DNA of 64,000 nt from Octopus sinensis (lineage: Eukaryota). Below are positions 26,882-40,764 of this stretch, one piece after another. The position numbers and the translations under genes were made by a program. The stretch is from NCBI RefSeq assembly GCF_006345805.1, contig NC_043012.1, positions 38,316,001-38,380,000 of the forward strand, written 5' to 3'. How positions within the stretch are numbered: the stretch's first letter is position 1; every line of letters starts with the position of its first letter. The notes beneath the pieces were generated by a model. The model was not told the origin of the DNA. It saw only the letters and a program-made list of their open reading frames with translations, and did no database searches.

Positions 26882-27180
26882 AATCACGTGATCACGTGAC
26901 CGACCAGGACCATCAGATGTTGCTACACATCACAATGGGTTCGCATTGTTTTAGCCTTCGAATGACGCCACCTCGCTGGCTAAGCGAGCAGGCCAACCGA
27001 CGAAAGAGTGAGAGAAAGAGTGGTGAAAGAGTACAGCAGGGATCACCACCCCCTGCCGGAGCGTCGTGGAGCTTTTAGGTGTTTTCGCTCAATAAACACA
27101 CACAACGCCCGGTCTGGTAATCAAAACCGCGATCCTACGACCGCGAATCCGCTGCCCTAACCACTGGGCCATTGCACCTC

Positions 27181-27182
<2 letters not shown>
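26882..27182 (-). mobile_element. tRNA-derived SINE family E, copy 1
   Basis: Reverse-complement head GTGGAGGTGCAATGGCCCAGTGGTTAGGGCAGCG with an A box TGGCCCAGTGG. Confidence 0.8.
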
Positions 27183-27262
<80 letters not shown>

Positions 27263-27771
27263 GACATATACACTCACATACATGTATATACAGAAGAGAC
27301 GTTCATAATTCAGATAATTTGTTCAATCAATCAGAACCGTTCGGTGCAGCAGCAACAGCAAGAGCAACAACAACCAACCAGCCAACCAACCAACCAAACA
27401 AACAAACAAACAAACAAACAAACAAACAACAACAGCAACGATATTTTCTAATCCCAATATTCAATCAAGTCAGTCATCTCAGCTTTAATGAGTTTAATTA
27501 ATAAAATTAATGAACTGCATTCATTGTAAAATTGTTTATCACGCATTCTTATAATTGTTCAACAATGGATTCTACCACCATATTTTATATTCAGTTTATC
27601 TTCTCGCAATTGAATAGGATTAACATGGTCAGATAATAAACTAAGTGTAATTTAGTGACGATAATAATGAGCCAACGAGAGACCCACAATGCAGTCATTT
27701 TAAAAGCGGGATAGGATAATGCACAATCGATGTAATAATTAAGGATTTGTGACTAAGTAAAAATAAATGTA

Positions 27772-28142
27772 AGAAGAGCACTGAGAGAGCGCAAACCTCC
27801 GCCAAGGCAACACCAATGTCCTCTCAATGATTAGTCGGCGACGATCTTTAAAATGAGAATATCGAAATAAACTCGAATGCTCTCACAAACGAGAATACTA
27901 AAAATGAACCCGACCGCTCTCAAAAGTTAAGTAAAAAAAAACAAAAAACACAAAATAATCCACAATCCTTGTCCTGTACCGGATCGGGTCCAAAATCTAA
28001 CTAATTCGTCCCAGTTACGAGACCAAATATTCCTGAAAGTTTCATCCGAATTCATCCAGCGATTCTTGAGATATTTCGTCCACGGACAAACAACAAACAC
28101 GAATGAAAACAATGCCTCCGCCTTCGCTAAGACGGAGGTAAT
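27772..28142 (-). mobile_element. Non-autonomous Helentron-type (DINE-1/HINE-like) element
   Basis: Hairpin CCTCCGCC..GACGGAGG (28115-28138), matching subterminal CCTCCGCC at 27796-27803, internal (CAAA)-type microsatellite, small stem-loop GCACTGAGAGAGCGC (27778-27792). Confidence 0.65.
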
Positions 28143-28332
28143 AATGAAGCATTTGTGAGTGATTATAAATTGGTTTCATAATCGAAGATTTGTGAATAAA
28201 TAAAAATAGATACAGAAAATCTTGGAACCAAAACCCAAGGACTTGTGTACCGAAAATAGTTGTAACCGGCGAAATTCGTATTACGTGCAAAAGAAAACAC
28301 AAAACCGAAGAAAACGACTGCATGTACTGAAG

Positions 28333-31300
28333 ATGCACACTGCCGTACTCCAGGTGCACACTGCCGTACTCCAGATGCACACTGCCGTACTCCAGGTGCA
28401 CACTGCCGTACTCCAGATGCACACTGCCGTACTCCAGGTGCACACTGCCGTACTCCAGATGCACACTGCCGTACTCCAGGTGCACACTGCCGTACTCCAG
28501 ATGCACACTGCCGTACTCCAGGTGCACACTGCCATACTCCAGATGCACACTGCCGTACTCCAGGTGCACACTGCCGTACTCCAGATGCACACTGCCGTAC
28601 TCCAGATGCACACTGCCGTACTCCAGATGCACACTGCCGTACTCAGGTGCACGCTGCCGTACTCCAGATGCACACTGCCGTACTCCAGGTGCACACTGCC
28701 ATACTCCAGGTACACACTGCCGTACTCCAGATGCACACTGCCGTACTCCAGATGCACACTGCCGTACTCCAGGTGCACACTGCCGTACTCCAGATGCACA
28801 CTGCCGTACTCCAGGTGCCACACTGCCATACTCCAGATGCACATGCCGTACTCCAGGTGCACACTGCCATACTCCAGGTACACACTGCCGTACTCCAGGT
28901 GCACACTGCCATACTCCAGGTACACACTGCCGTACTCCAGATGCACACTGCCGTACTCCAGGTGCACGCTGCCGTACTCCAGATGCACACTGCCGTACTC
29001 AGGTGCACACTGCCATACTCCAGGTACACACTGCCGTACTCCAGATGCACATGCCGTACTCCAGATGCACACTGCCGTACTCCAGATGCACACTGCCGTA
29101 CTCCAGATGCACACTGCCGTACTCCAGGTGCCACACTGCCGTACTCCAGATGCACACTGCCGTACTCCAGATGCACACTGCCGTACTCCAGGTGCACACT
29201 GCCGTACTCCAGATGCACACTGCCGTACTCCAGGTGCACGCTGCCGTACTCCAGGTGCACACTGCCGTACTCCAGATGCACACTGCCGTACTCCAGATGC
29301 ACACTGCCGTACTCCAGGTGCACACTGCCGTACTCCAGGTGCACACTGCCGTACTCCAGATGCACACTGCCGTACTCCAGGTGCACGCTGCCGTACTCCA
29401 GATGCACACTGCCGTACTCCAGGTGCACACTGCCATACTCCAGGTACACACTGCCGTACTCCAGGTGCACACTGCCGTACTCCAGGTGCACACTGCCGTA
29501 CTCCAGATGCACACTGCCGTACTCCAGGTGCACACTGCCGTACTCCAGATGCACACTGCCGTACTCCAGGTGCACACTGCCATACTCCAGATGCACACTG
29601 CCGTACTCCAGGTGCACACTGCCATACTCCAGGTACACACTGCCGTACTCCAGGTGCACACTGCCATACTCCAGGTACACACTGCCGTACTCCAGATGCA
29701 CACTGCCGTACTCCAGATGCACACTGCCGTACTCCAGATGCACACTGCCGTACTCCAGGTGCACGCTGCCGTACTCCAGATGCACACTGCCGTACTCCAG
29801 GTGCACACTGCCATACTCCAGGTACACACTGCCGTACTCCAGATGCACACTGCCGTACTCCAGATGCACACTGCCGTACTCCAGATGCACACTGCCGTAC
29901 TCCAGATGCACACTGCCGTACTCCAGGTGCACACTGCCGTACTCCAGATGCACACTGCCGTACTCCAGATGCACACTGCCGTACTCCAGGTGCACACTGC
30001 CGTACTCCAGATGCACACTGCCGTACTCCAGGTGCACACTGCCGTACTCCAGGTGCACACTGCCGTACTCCAGATGCACACTGCCGTACTCCAGGTGCAC
30101 GCTGCCGTACTCCAGATGCACACTGCCGTACTCCAGGTGCACACTGCCATATCCAGGTACACACTGCCGTACTCCAGGTGCACACTGCCGTACTCCAGGT
30201 GCACACTGCCGTACTCCAGGTGCACACTGCCGTACTCCAGATGCACACTGCCGTACTCCAGGTGCACACTGCCGTACTCCAGGTGCACACTGCCGTACTC
30301 CAGATGCACACTGCCGTACTCCAGGTGCACGCTGCCGTACTCCAGATGCACACTGCCGTACTCCAGATGCACACTGCCGTACTCCAGGTGCACGCTGCCG
30401 TACTCAGATGCACACTGCCGTACTCCAGGTGCACACTGCCATACTCCAGGTACACACTGCCGTACTCCAGGTGCACACTGCCGTACTCCGATGCACACTG
30501 CCGTACTCCAGATGCACACTGCCGTACTCCAGATGCACACTGCCGTACTCAGGTGCACACTGCCGTACTCCAGATGCACACTGCCGTACTCCAGATGCAC
30601 ACTGCCGTACTCCAGGTGCACACTGCCGTACTCCAGATGCACACTGCCGTACTCCAGGTGCACACTGCCGTACTCCAGGTGCACACTGCCGTACTCCAGA
30701 TGCACACTGCCGTACTCCAGGTGCACGCTGCCGTACTCCAGATGCACACTGCCGTACTCCAGGTGCACACTGCCATACTCCAGGTACACACTGCCGTACT
30801 CCAGGTGCACACTGCCGTACTCCAGATGCACACTGCCGTACTCCAGGTGCACACTGCCGTACTCCAGATGCACACTGCCGTACTCCAGGTGCACACTGCC
30901 GTACTCCAGGTGCACACTGCCGTACTCCAGATGCACACTGCCGTACTCCAGGTGCACGCTGCCGTACTCCAGATGCACACTGCCGTACTCCAGATGCACA
31001 CTGCCGTACTCCAGGTGCACGCTGCCGTACTCCAGATGCACACTGCCGTACTCCAGGTGCACACTGCCATACTCCAGGTACACACTGCCGTACTCCAGGT
31101 GCACACTGCCGTACTCCAGATGCACACTGCCGTACTCCAGATGCACACTGCCGTACTCCAGGTGCACACTGCCGTACTCCAGATGCACACTGCCGTGCTC
31201 CAGGTGCACACTGCCGTACTCCAGATGCACACTGCCGTACTCCAGGTGCACACTGCCGTACTCCAGATGCACACTGCCGTACTCCAGGTGCACACTGCCA

Positions 31301-33562
31301 TACTCCAGATGCACACTGCCGTACTCCAGGTGCACACTGCCATACTCCAGGTACACACTGCCGTACTCCAGGTGCACACTGCATACTCCAGGTAAACACC
31401 TGCCGTACTCCAGATGCACACTGCCGTACTCCAGATGCACACTGCCGTACTCCAGATGCACACTGCCGTACTCCAGGTGCACGCTGCCGTACTCCAGATG
31501 CACACTGCCGTACTCCAGGTGCACACTGCCATACTCCAGGTACACACTGCCGTACTCCAGATGCACACTGCCGTACTCCAGATGCACACTGCCGTACTCC
31601 AGATGCACACTGCCGTACTCCAGATGCACACTGCCGTACTCCAGGTGCACACTGCCGTACTCCAGATGCACACTGCCGTACTCCAGATGCACACTGCCGT
31701 ACTCCAGGTGCACACTGCCGTACTCCAGATGCAACCTGCCGTACTCCAGGTGCACACTGCCGTACTCCAGGTGCACACTGCCGTACTCCAGATGCACACT
31801 GCCGTACTCCAGGTGCACGCTGCCGTACTCCAGATGCACACTGCCGTACTCCAGGTGCACACTGCCATACTCCAGGTACACACTGCCGTACTCCAGGTGC
31901 ACACTGCCGTACTCCAGATGCACACTGCCGTACTCCAGGTGCACACTGCCGTACTCCAGATGCACACGCCGTACTCCAGGTGCACACTGCCGTACTCCAG
32001 GTGCACACTGCCGTACTCCAGATGCACACTGCCGTACTCCAGGTGCCGCTGGCCGTACTCCAGATGCACACTGCCGTACTCCAGATGCACACTGCCGTAC
32101 TCCAGGTGCACGCTGCCGTACTCCAGATGCACACTGCCGTACTCCAGGTGCACACTGCCATACTCAGGTACACACTGCCGTACTCCAGGTGCACACTGCC
32201 GTACTCCAGATGCACACTGCCGTACTCCAGATGCACACTGCCGTACTCCAGGTGCACACTGCCGTACTCCAGATGCACACTGCCGTACTCCAGGTGCACA
32301 CTGCCGTACTCCAGGTGCACACTGCCGTACTCCAGATGCACATGCCGTACTCCAGGTGCACGGCCGTACTCCAGATGCACACTGCCGTACTCCAGGTGCC
32401 ACACTGCCGTACTCCAGGTGCACACTGCCGTACTCCAGATGCACACTGCCGTACTCCAGGTGCACACTGCCATACTCCAGGTACACACTGCCGTACTCCA
32501 GGTGCACACTGCCGTACTCCAGATGCACACTGCCGTACTCCAGGTGCACACTGCCGTACTCCAGATGCACACTGCCGTACTCCAGGTGCACACTGCCGTA
32601 CTCCAGGTGCACACTGCCGTACTCCAGATGCACACTGCCGTACTCCAGGTGCACGCTGCCGTACTCCAGATGCACACTGCCGTACTCCAGGTGCACATGC
32701 CATACTCCAGGTACACACTGCCGTACTCCAGGTGCACACTGCCGTACTCCAGATGCACACTGCCGTACTCCAGGTGCACACTGCCGTACTCCAGATGCAC
32801 ACTGCCGTACTCCAGGTGCACACTGCCGTACTCCAGGTGCACACTGCCGTACTCCAGATGCACACTGCCGTACTCCAGGTGCACACTGCCGTACTCCAGA
32901 TGCACACTGCCGTACTCCAGATGCACACTGCCGTACTCCAGATGCACACTGCCGTACTCCAGGTGCACACTGCCGTACTCCAGATGCACACTGCCGTACT
33001 CCAGGTGCACACTGCCGTACTCCAGGTACACACTGCCGTACTCCAGGTGCACACTGCCGTACTCCAGATGCACACTGCCGTACTCCAGATGCACACTGCC
33101 GTACTCCAGGTGCACACTGCCGTACTCCAGATGCACAACGTACTCCAGGTGCACACTGCCGTACTCCAGGTGCACACTGCCGTACTCCAGGTGCACACTG
33201 CCGTACTCCAGATGCACACTGCCGTACTCCAGGTGCACACTGCCGTACTCCAGGTACACATGCCGTACTCCAGGTGCACACTGCCGTACTCCAGATGCAC
33301 ACTGCCGTACTCCAGATGCACACTGCCGTACTCCAGGTGCACCTGCCGTACTCCAGATGCACACTGCCGTACTCCAGGTGCACACTGCCGTACTCCAGGT
33401 GCACACTGCCGTACTCCAGATGCACACTGCCGTACCAGGTGCACACTGCCGTACTCCAGGTGCACACTGCGTACTCCAGGTGCACACTGCCGTACTCCAG
33501 ATGCACACTGCCGTACTCCAGGTGCACACTGCCGTACTCCAGGTGCACACTGCCGTACTCAG
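28333..33562. repeat. 21-bp tandem satellite/minisatellite, about 250 units, consensus RTGCACACTGCCGTACTCCAG
   Basis: Direct reading; variants ATGCACAC, GTGCACAC, GTGCACGC, CCATAC and GTACACAC; scattered small indels; no unique spacers. Confidence 0.98.
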
Positions 33563-33679
33563 TTATGCAATATGTGGTAGCATTGAATGAAACTAACAGC
33601 AAATCAAATTAATAAATTTGGCGTTTTGGGGAACAATATAGAAGGGAACTGGCAAAGGCAAGTTCCCATTCGGAAGATA

Positions 33680-33988
33680 CTATAATGTGGACTTCTATTT
33701 GCAAAGGAGCTTCAATTTCATAATGCAGAGTCTTCACAAAGTCTCCGCGTGACACAGAGTGTGACAAGGCTGGTCCCTTTCAAATACAGGTGCAAACAGA
33801 AACAGGAAAAAAGAGTGAGAGAAAATTGTGGCGAAATAGTATAGCAGGGATCGCCACCCCCCTGCCGGAGCCTCGTGGAGCTTTAGGTGTTTTCGTTCAA
33901 TAAACACTCACAACGCCCGCTCTGGGAATCGGAACTGCGAAACCACGACAGGGAGTACGCTGCCCTAACCAATGGGCCATTGTGCCTC

Positions 33989-33991
<3 letters not shown>
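33680..33991 (-). mobile_element. tRNA-derived SINE family E, copy 2 (different 3' tail)
   Basis: 33815-33990 matches 27005-27182; the remainder differs. Confidence 0.78.
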
Positions 33992-34032
<41 letters not shown>

Positions 34033-34791
34033 TATATATAATCATTAAAAAGAAAGTAGGATAATGGGGATATAGCATTTAATAAAAACTTTTTTAGCTG
34101 CTAAAATCAAGTCTCTTACAACTGATTCAATTAAGCTTAAATATTAAATAGCAATTATTAGAACCATTATATTAGGCAACATCTCTTCAGAAAGGTAGAA
34201 AAAAAGGATATGCCATTAGGTTCTTTTTCTGTATAAGGAGAGAAGTGGATACAGCGAATGAAGCAACACGCAATACTCACAGTAAGCACTCCCTCAACAA
34301 TAAAATCAACGATACTTCATTGAAAAGATTACGGAACAGCTTTAGGCGTATAACAATCATATAATCATGCAGGATTAATAAATCTGTATTCGGCTCTCTT
34401 GCTCCCTGATTCAATGGTTTTATGGTTATACATACACACACACACACAACACACACACCACACACACACACACACCATATATATATATATATATAATATA
34501 TGTATGTATTATATATATGTATATACATATATATACATAAACATATAAGTAAAAAGCTATACATATATATATTAATATGGATATATATGTATATGTATAT
34601 ACATATGTATCTATCTATCTCTATATTTTAAATATATATATATATATATATATACCTAATTATACATACATATATATACATATACATATATTTATATATA
34701 CATTTATATAATACATACAAATATAAAAAATATATATAAATATATATATATAAATAGATATGCATATATATATATATGTACATATATATAT

Positions 34792-34888
<97 letters not shown>

Positions 34889-35440
34889 CTACATTTACAC
34901 GCACACTCATAAATGTACACAATAAATGAAAATCTGAGCTCTAGTTAAAATAAAATCCTCATTTGTTCTCCTTGACTTCTACAGACTCTCAATCATTTCT
35001 GTCAATGTGTCGACGTGAGAGAGACAGTGAAGGAGTGAGTGTTCACGGATAAATGCATCGAACCGTATCGACAGCGTTGGCAACGATGTGTTCCCTCATA
35101 AAATAAGACACAAAATAAAAGAGACATATAAATTTATTTTTATAGACTGACCATACTGTTCTGAATACTGTTCGCTGCCAGTCATATCTAACATGAGTAT
35201 TATGGCATCAATTGTTGTGATGCGTTTGCTTTGAAAAAAAACCGTAAAAATTCTAGGGGTTTGAAAAGGGATAAATGAATTTAGACAGGAATTTGGACTT
35301 AGAAATGAAGGTCAACTAAAAAGATTAAGGTAAATAATGGGTTTCGTTTTCGGTTCCATTCATTCACTGCCAAATATTAATGATGATGATGATGAGGATG
35401 ATAATAATAATAATATTAATAATAACTATAATCCTATTAA

Positions 35441-36265
35441 TTCTTATATTAGCCAGTGAGGTATAGATGAATGGTACATCGTAAGGACTGCGTAAAATAT
35501 GTGCGGGGTTTTACATAAATGATGAGTGGAAAAATGGGAAAGATGGTCAGATGATAGAAAATTATGCATAGTACATAAAGTATATCTCTTCAAATAAGAA
35601 AATTTCCGATTAGGGCCAGTAAAGGAATACCGAAGATCCAGTATTACCCTAAACTTCAAAGACGTAATCCTTCGCCCATCTGTTGTTCTTCAATCTACAG
35701 CATAGGCTTAGAGCAGGGTCATTCACTGTAACTATTTTTGCGGCAGTCAACCATGCTTTTATAAATTCCTTTCAACCCTCACCTTCCTTTCCATGCTGAA
35801 CTTTAAAATGTCGATGACGGCTTACCTGAAGAGGAAGATGTCTTCAATCCTTTCAGCCTAATCCACTACACAACCTCTTTCGCCATAGCCACTATCGAAC
35901 AACGCATGCCATGCCTTGTTAAAGTTGTGTGATGGGACGATCCTAAAATGGATTCGCCTGATGATCCGATTTGTTCCCTGCGTGATACCGTCTTTTCGAC
36001 ATAGCTTCAAAAGCCAGCGATGCTTGGACATTGCATGACTTCGTGCAGGACGGTTTCGTCGCTCTGCGTGCATCCTGGACGGTACTTCGGTGCTTGTAAA
36101 GTTTATCCCGAACCATCAGTGTTCCTCGGCAGCATTAGCAGGCTAGGGATTTCTGGAAATTGACCATAGTAGTACCGAGCTTGAAAGTCCTCCGAAACAG
36201 AGCAGTTAATCCTCATCAACATCTAGATTTTCACAGAGAACGCTTACGCTCTTACTCAGAAAAAC
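35441..36265 (-). mobile_element. Diverged Tx1-like LINE relic (ORF2 C-terminus and 3' UTR)
   Basis: Reverse complement gives FQKSLAC, VRDKLYKH, QSDETVLHEVMQCP and MAKEVV*WIRLKGL, homologous to copies 1-4; terminus CACTGGCTAATATAAGAA. Confidence 0.78.
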
Positions 36266-36728
36266 AAAAGCAAGAATGACAACGAAAATAACAACAAAAG
36301 CAACAAGAACAACAAAGACACCAACAAGAACAACAACGACAACAATAACACCACAACAGGAAAACTAAAAGATACAATCACCTGAAACATGATATTAATT
36401 GAAACAAAGAGAAGAGAAACTAAATGAATGAAAACAATAAAACAATATAATTAATCCTAATTGTTTAACATGAAAGATGATTTCGCTGGTACGTCTTGTT
36501 GGTTTCTTATCATTTATAGGTCGAACATTCTAGAATAAACAGAACCGGATATAAAAAGATTATAATGAATGTTATTGCATCTCGCTGATATTTCTAGAAA
36601 TTGAACCATGGGTAATGAACCTGCCAAATGACTTCCAGCCGTTCACTGACCAAACTCTCTGTCATTCTTCATTCGTTTTTATTTTGTTGCTTATTTCGTT
36701 TTCACTTCCGCACTGTATGTGTGTGTAA

Positions 36729-36761
<33 letters not shown>

Positions 36762-36928
36762 TGCATCTATATGTATGTTTATGTATACATGTATGCGCGT
36801 ATATATATGCATATATGTATATATATATATATATATATATCATACATATATACATACATGCATATATATACATACATGCATAACATATATATGTATACAC
36901 ATATTTCTAAACAACATGCATACACAAG

Positions 36929-36977
<49 letters not shown>

Positions 36978-37380
36978 ATATATATACATATATCACATAT
37001 ACATATATACACACATATATATATATTTATATACACATACATACATATATTTATACACACACACACAGGTGTGTATACTTACGCATATATTACAATGTCT
37101 GTTCAACAATCGTTAATACCTCGTGGTGTTCAGATCAGTTAACTCCCAATTTTCTTTTCTCTTTTGTTTTCTTTATATTATTTTATTCTACTTAACTTTG
37201 TTTTTATTTTCGTTAAGAAAATCTTATTTTCTTCCTGAATTCATCGACGTCATCGTTTGATTTCATTCATTCATTAAATCACATGGCGAAATGTTAGCAA
37301 ATTCGGCTAATATCTATGCTATCTATCTACTATCATCTATCTATCTCTATCTTCTATTTATCTACTAATCTATATACTCA

Positions 37381-37424
<44 letters not shown>

Positions 37425-37473
37425 CTATCCTATCATTCTATCTATCTCTCTCTCTCTCTCTCTCTATCTATCG

Positions 37474-37506
<33 letters not shown>

Positions 37507-37545
37507 CTTATCTATCTATCTTTCTATCTCATTTCCATATATATA

Positions 37546-37585
<40 letters not shown>

Positions 37586-37813
37586 CCTCTGTGTCTGTCT
37601 GTGTATGTAAAATAGCACATAGTTGCAAACATCACCTTCGTTTACACTTACATTTATGTCCATATATAGACATAAGGACAAACACCAACACCAACACTCG
37701 AACATCCATACGGACTCACACTCACATGCGCGCCCGTGCATACACACACGCATACGCACATTTGGAGTGTAATTAAAATAACTTCATCAGTGAGTGTGAA
37801 AACAGACACCAGC

Positions 37814-37867
<54 letters not shown>

Positions 37868-38457
37868 AAGAAGAAGAAGAAGAAGAAGAAGAAGAAGAAG
37901 AAGAAGAAGAAGAAGAAGAAGAAGAAGAAGAACAACAACAACAACAACAACAATAATGATGATGATGATGATGTTGATGATGATAATGATACTATGGCTG
38001 AAATCACTTCTCTTTCCAGTCTAACTAACACAATAAACTGCATTGAGAACGGCCACTCCGCTCAATTAACTTTTAACAACTCCCGCCTTGGAAATGGCCT
38101 TCTTTTTCGATCTTCTTTCGTTCTTCTTTTTCTTTCTTTCATTCTTCTCTCTCTCACTCTCTTTCTTTCTATCTCCTTGCTCCCTTTCATTGTTTCTTTC
38201 TTTTATCTTCCTGTCATTCAGTTTCCTCTTTTGGGAGCATTTATTGTACTTATATTCCTCGTATTTATATATTTGTGGTTTTGTATCTTGAAGCCGAATG
38301 ACCATTTTATTTAAATGTTCGTTTTGAACACATACACATGCCCACGCCTACGTATAAACCGCAGGCTTATATAAGTACGCGTACACACACAAACAAGAAG
38401 TCATAAACACATACATACGCATATGTGTATGTATGTATAGGGAGATAAATGCATATA

Positions 38458-38498
<41 letters not shown>

Positions 38499-38572
38499 TA
38501 TATATATACTATAGCAAGCAATATATATATATATATACATATATATAGATATAGACAGACAAACAGACACAC

Positions 38573-38634
<62 letters not shown>

Positions 38635-39319
38635 TGCTAGCGTATATATAGAATGCCTGTATGTATGTATGCGTATATGTGGTTCTTAGTCGGTGTGTGT
38701 GCATTTTGGTTTCCTTTCCATACGTATGTGCGGGCAGTGCTTTTATAAATGTTCGAGTGCACGTGATCGAGGAGAGGGAGGAGGGTGTTGTGTTTGAGTT
38801 CGTGCGAATATGATGGCGTGTGCTTATGTATTGTTTATATTCGTCCATGTGCGTGTGTGTGTGTATGTGTGTGTGAGTGCTTGTGTGTGTGTGTGTGTGT
38901 GTACAATAGGCTTCTAATAACTGAAACAAGACTGTCACCGTCTAATTCTAGAAAGTAAAGAATCGTGAAACATCATTAAATTGTTCCGCTCCACAAGTTT
39001 ATAGGTCTGGAGCCACTTCTCTCTTATTCTCCTCTTCCCTCCACTCCCCTCCCTATACCCACCTACCTACCTAAATACATACTTGCATATATATACAGAA
39101 ATATATATAAGTCTTTATCCGCCTGTTTTTCTCCGTCAACGTATACACACACATACGCACACCCACACGCACACTCACATGCATACACATCTCACAATAA
39201 ACAATAATATTGCTTTTTCAAGCTGAGTAGAGAGCCTACACGCGTCGGGTGGGATGATGACAATTGTGAAAAACATCCATGTTCAGAACGGACTGTTTAA
39301 CATGGAAATATGCTAATCT

Positions 39320-40671
39320 TCATCTGCCACATGTACCGTCTGACCGCCGTGCCACGTCCCGACCCTACCATCACCAAACTAGAACGCATTCTCTTCCGCT
39401 TCTTACGGAAAGGATGCGTTCCGATGGTCAGGCGATCCGTTTGCTGCCAACACCCATTAAAAGGAGGGCTGGGCATGCCGTGGTTGATGATGCACAGACA
39501 CGCGCTGAGACTGCGACATCTCCGGCTCTTCGTAGACGACGGCGAACAGGTATGGTCGCCGTTTGTGAGGCACGCGTTCCCGCAGCTCGTCTACATGACC
39601 GAACTGCAGTAGTGGATCAAAAAGAGGCCGAGGAAAGGCGAATGGCACCGCGAGTGTCGCGTTGCTCTCAAGCAACTCTGCCGTCCCGGGTCGACCTTGA
39701 GTGACTCCATCACAACCCAAGCATTCTATAGGGGATTAGTGGAAGGGAGGTACGACGACGATGTCGGGGCGAACCTGGGCGAACCTGGGCGTCGACGAGG
39801 AATACCTGTTCAAGACTACTTTCTGGCCGGGACCTAACGACAACTTCCAGAGATCCCTGGCCTGGCAGTGCTATCGTGAAGTGCTACCCGTTCGGGATAA
39901 GATCTACAGGCATAGCTCGAGAAACACGGGGCCGACCTGTCCGAGATGCAGTCAGAGCGACGAAACTGTCCTGCACGCACTCGTGCAGTGTCCAACCATT
40001 TCCGGCCTGTGGACCTATGTCGAACGACTTCTATCGCGTGTGGAACGAATCGGTTTATTAAGCGAATCTATCGTGAATATTGTCGCGTCTCTTTTCTTGA
40101 AACGAGAAGGAAGAGCCATTTTAATCGTACTTGTGTTTATAGCCAAAAAATGTGTATGGTGGACGCGTCTGAAAGGTCTAGAGACAAACACTTTCATCTC
40201 TGGTCAATCTCTCATCAACTTCTTCAAGTACCACTTGAAGAGGAAGGTGCGAGTAGAGAGTGAAATTTAAAAAAAAAACGATGGGTGAATGTAGCAAGGA
40301 TGGCAAGTGTGAATGACGGAGCCAGCTTGAGTATAATCCTATGAACCAAACAAAAACAAAAAAAAAATGAAAGGAAAAAAAAGGGCCACTTATTGTAAAG
40401 TGTTTTCTTTTGCATGATACTTATTGCTCAAAGTTCCCGTGAACTTTTCCGTAGGGTTTTCTATCAACGGACAAACCTAATATCTTTTCCATTTTTACAT
40501 TGACATTTCCGTGATACACGATACCTATTGATCGTCCCCATATTGTTTTTTTTTTCACAATTCCTTTTGATCGGAATTCGACCCTTTTTTTCTTTCTCTT
40601 CTTCCCAAAAAGAAAAACTTTACTTTGTATTTTGTCCCTTCTGTGTTCATCCTTGCGTGGCCAATAAAGAA

Positions 40672-40672
<1 letters not shown>
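39320..40672 (+). mobile_element. Tx1-like LINE copy 4 (5'-truncated 3' fragment)
   Basis: Matches 6505-7946; ends TGGCCAATAAAGAAA followed by (TCTA)n 40673-40765; the 5' flank is not TCTA. Confidence 0.92.

Positions 40673-40764
<92 letters not shown>

Noticed and set aside
28333-33562. CRISPR array
   Set aside because: Units are contiguous with no unique spacers, there are no cas genes, and the context is eukaryotic.
28042-33612. Giant ORFs (up to 1647 aa) on both strands
   Set aside because: They follow from a stop-free 21-bp unit; reading frames switch at indels and no domain or splice context supports them. Kept only as a testable possibility.
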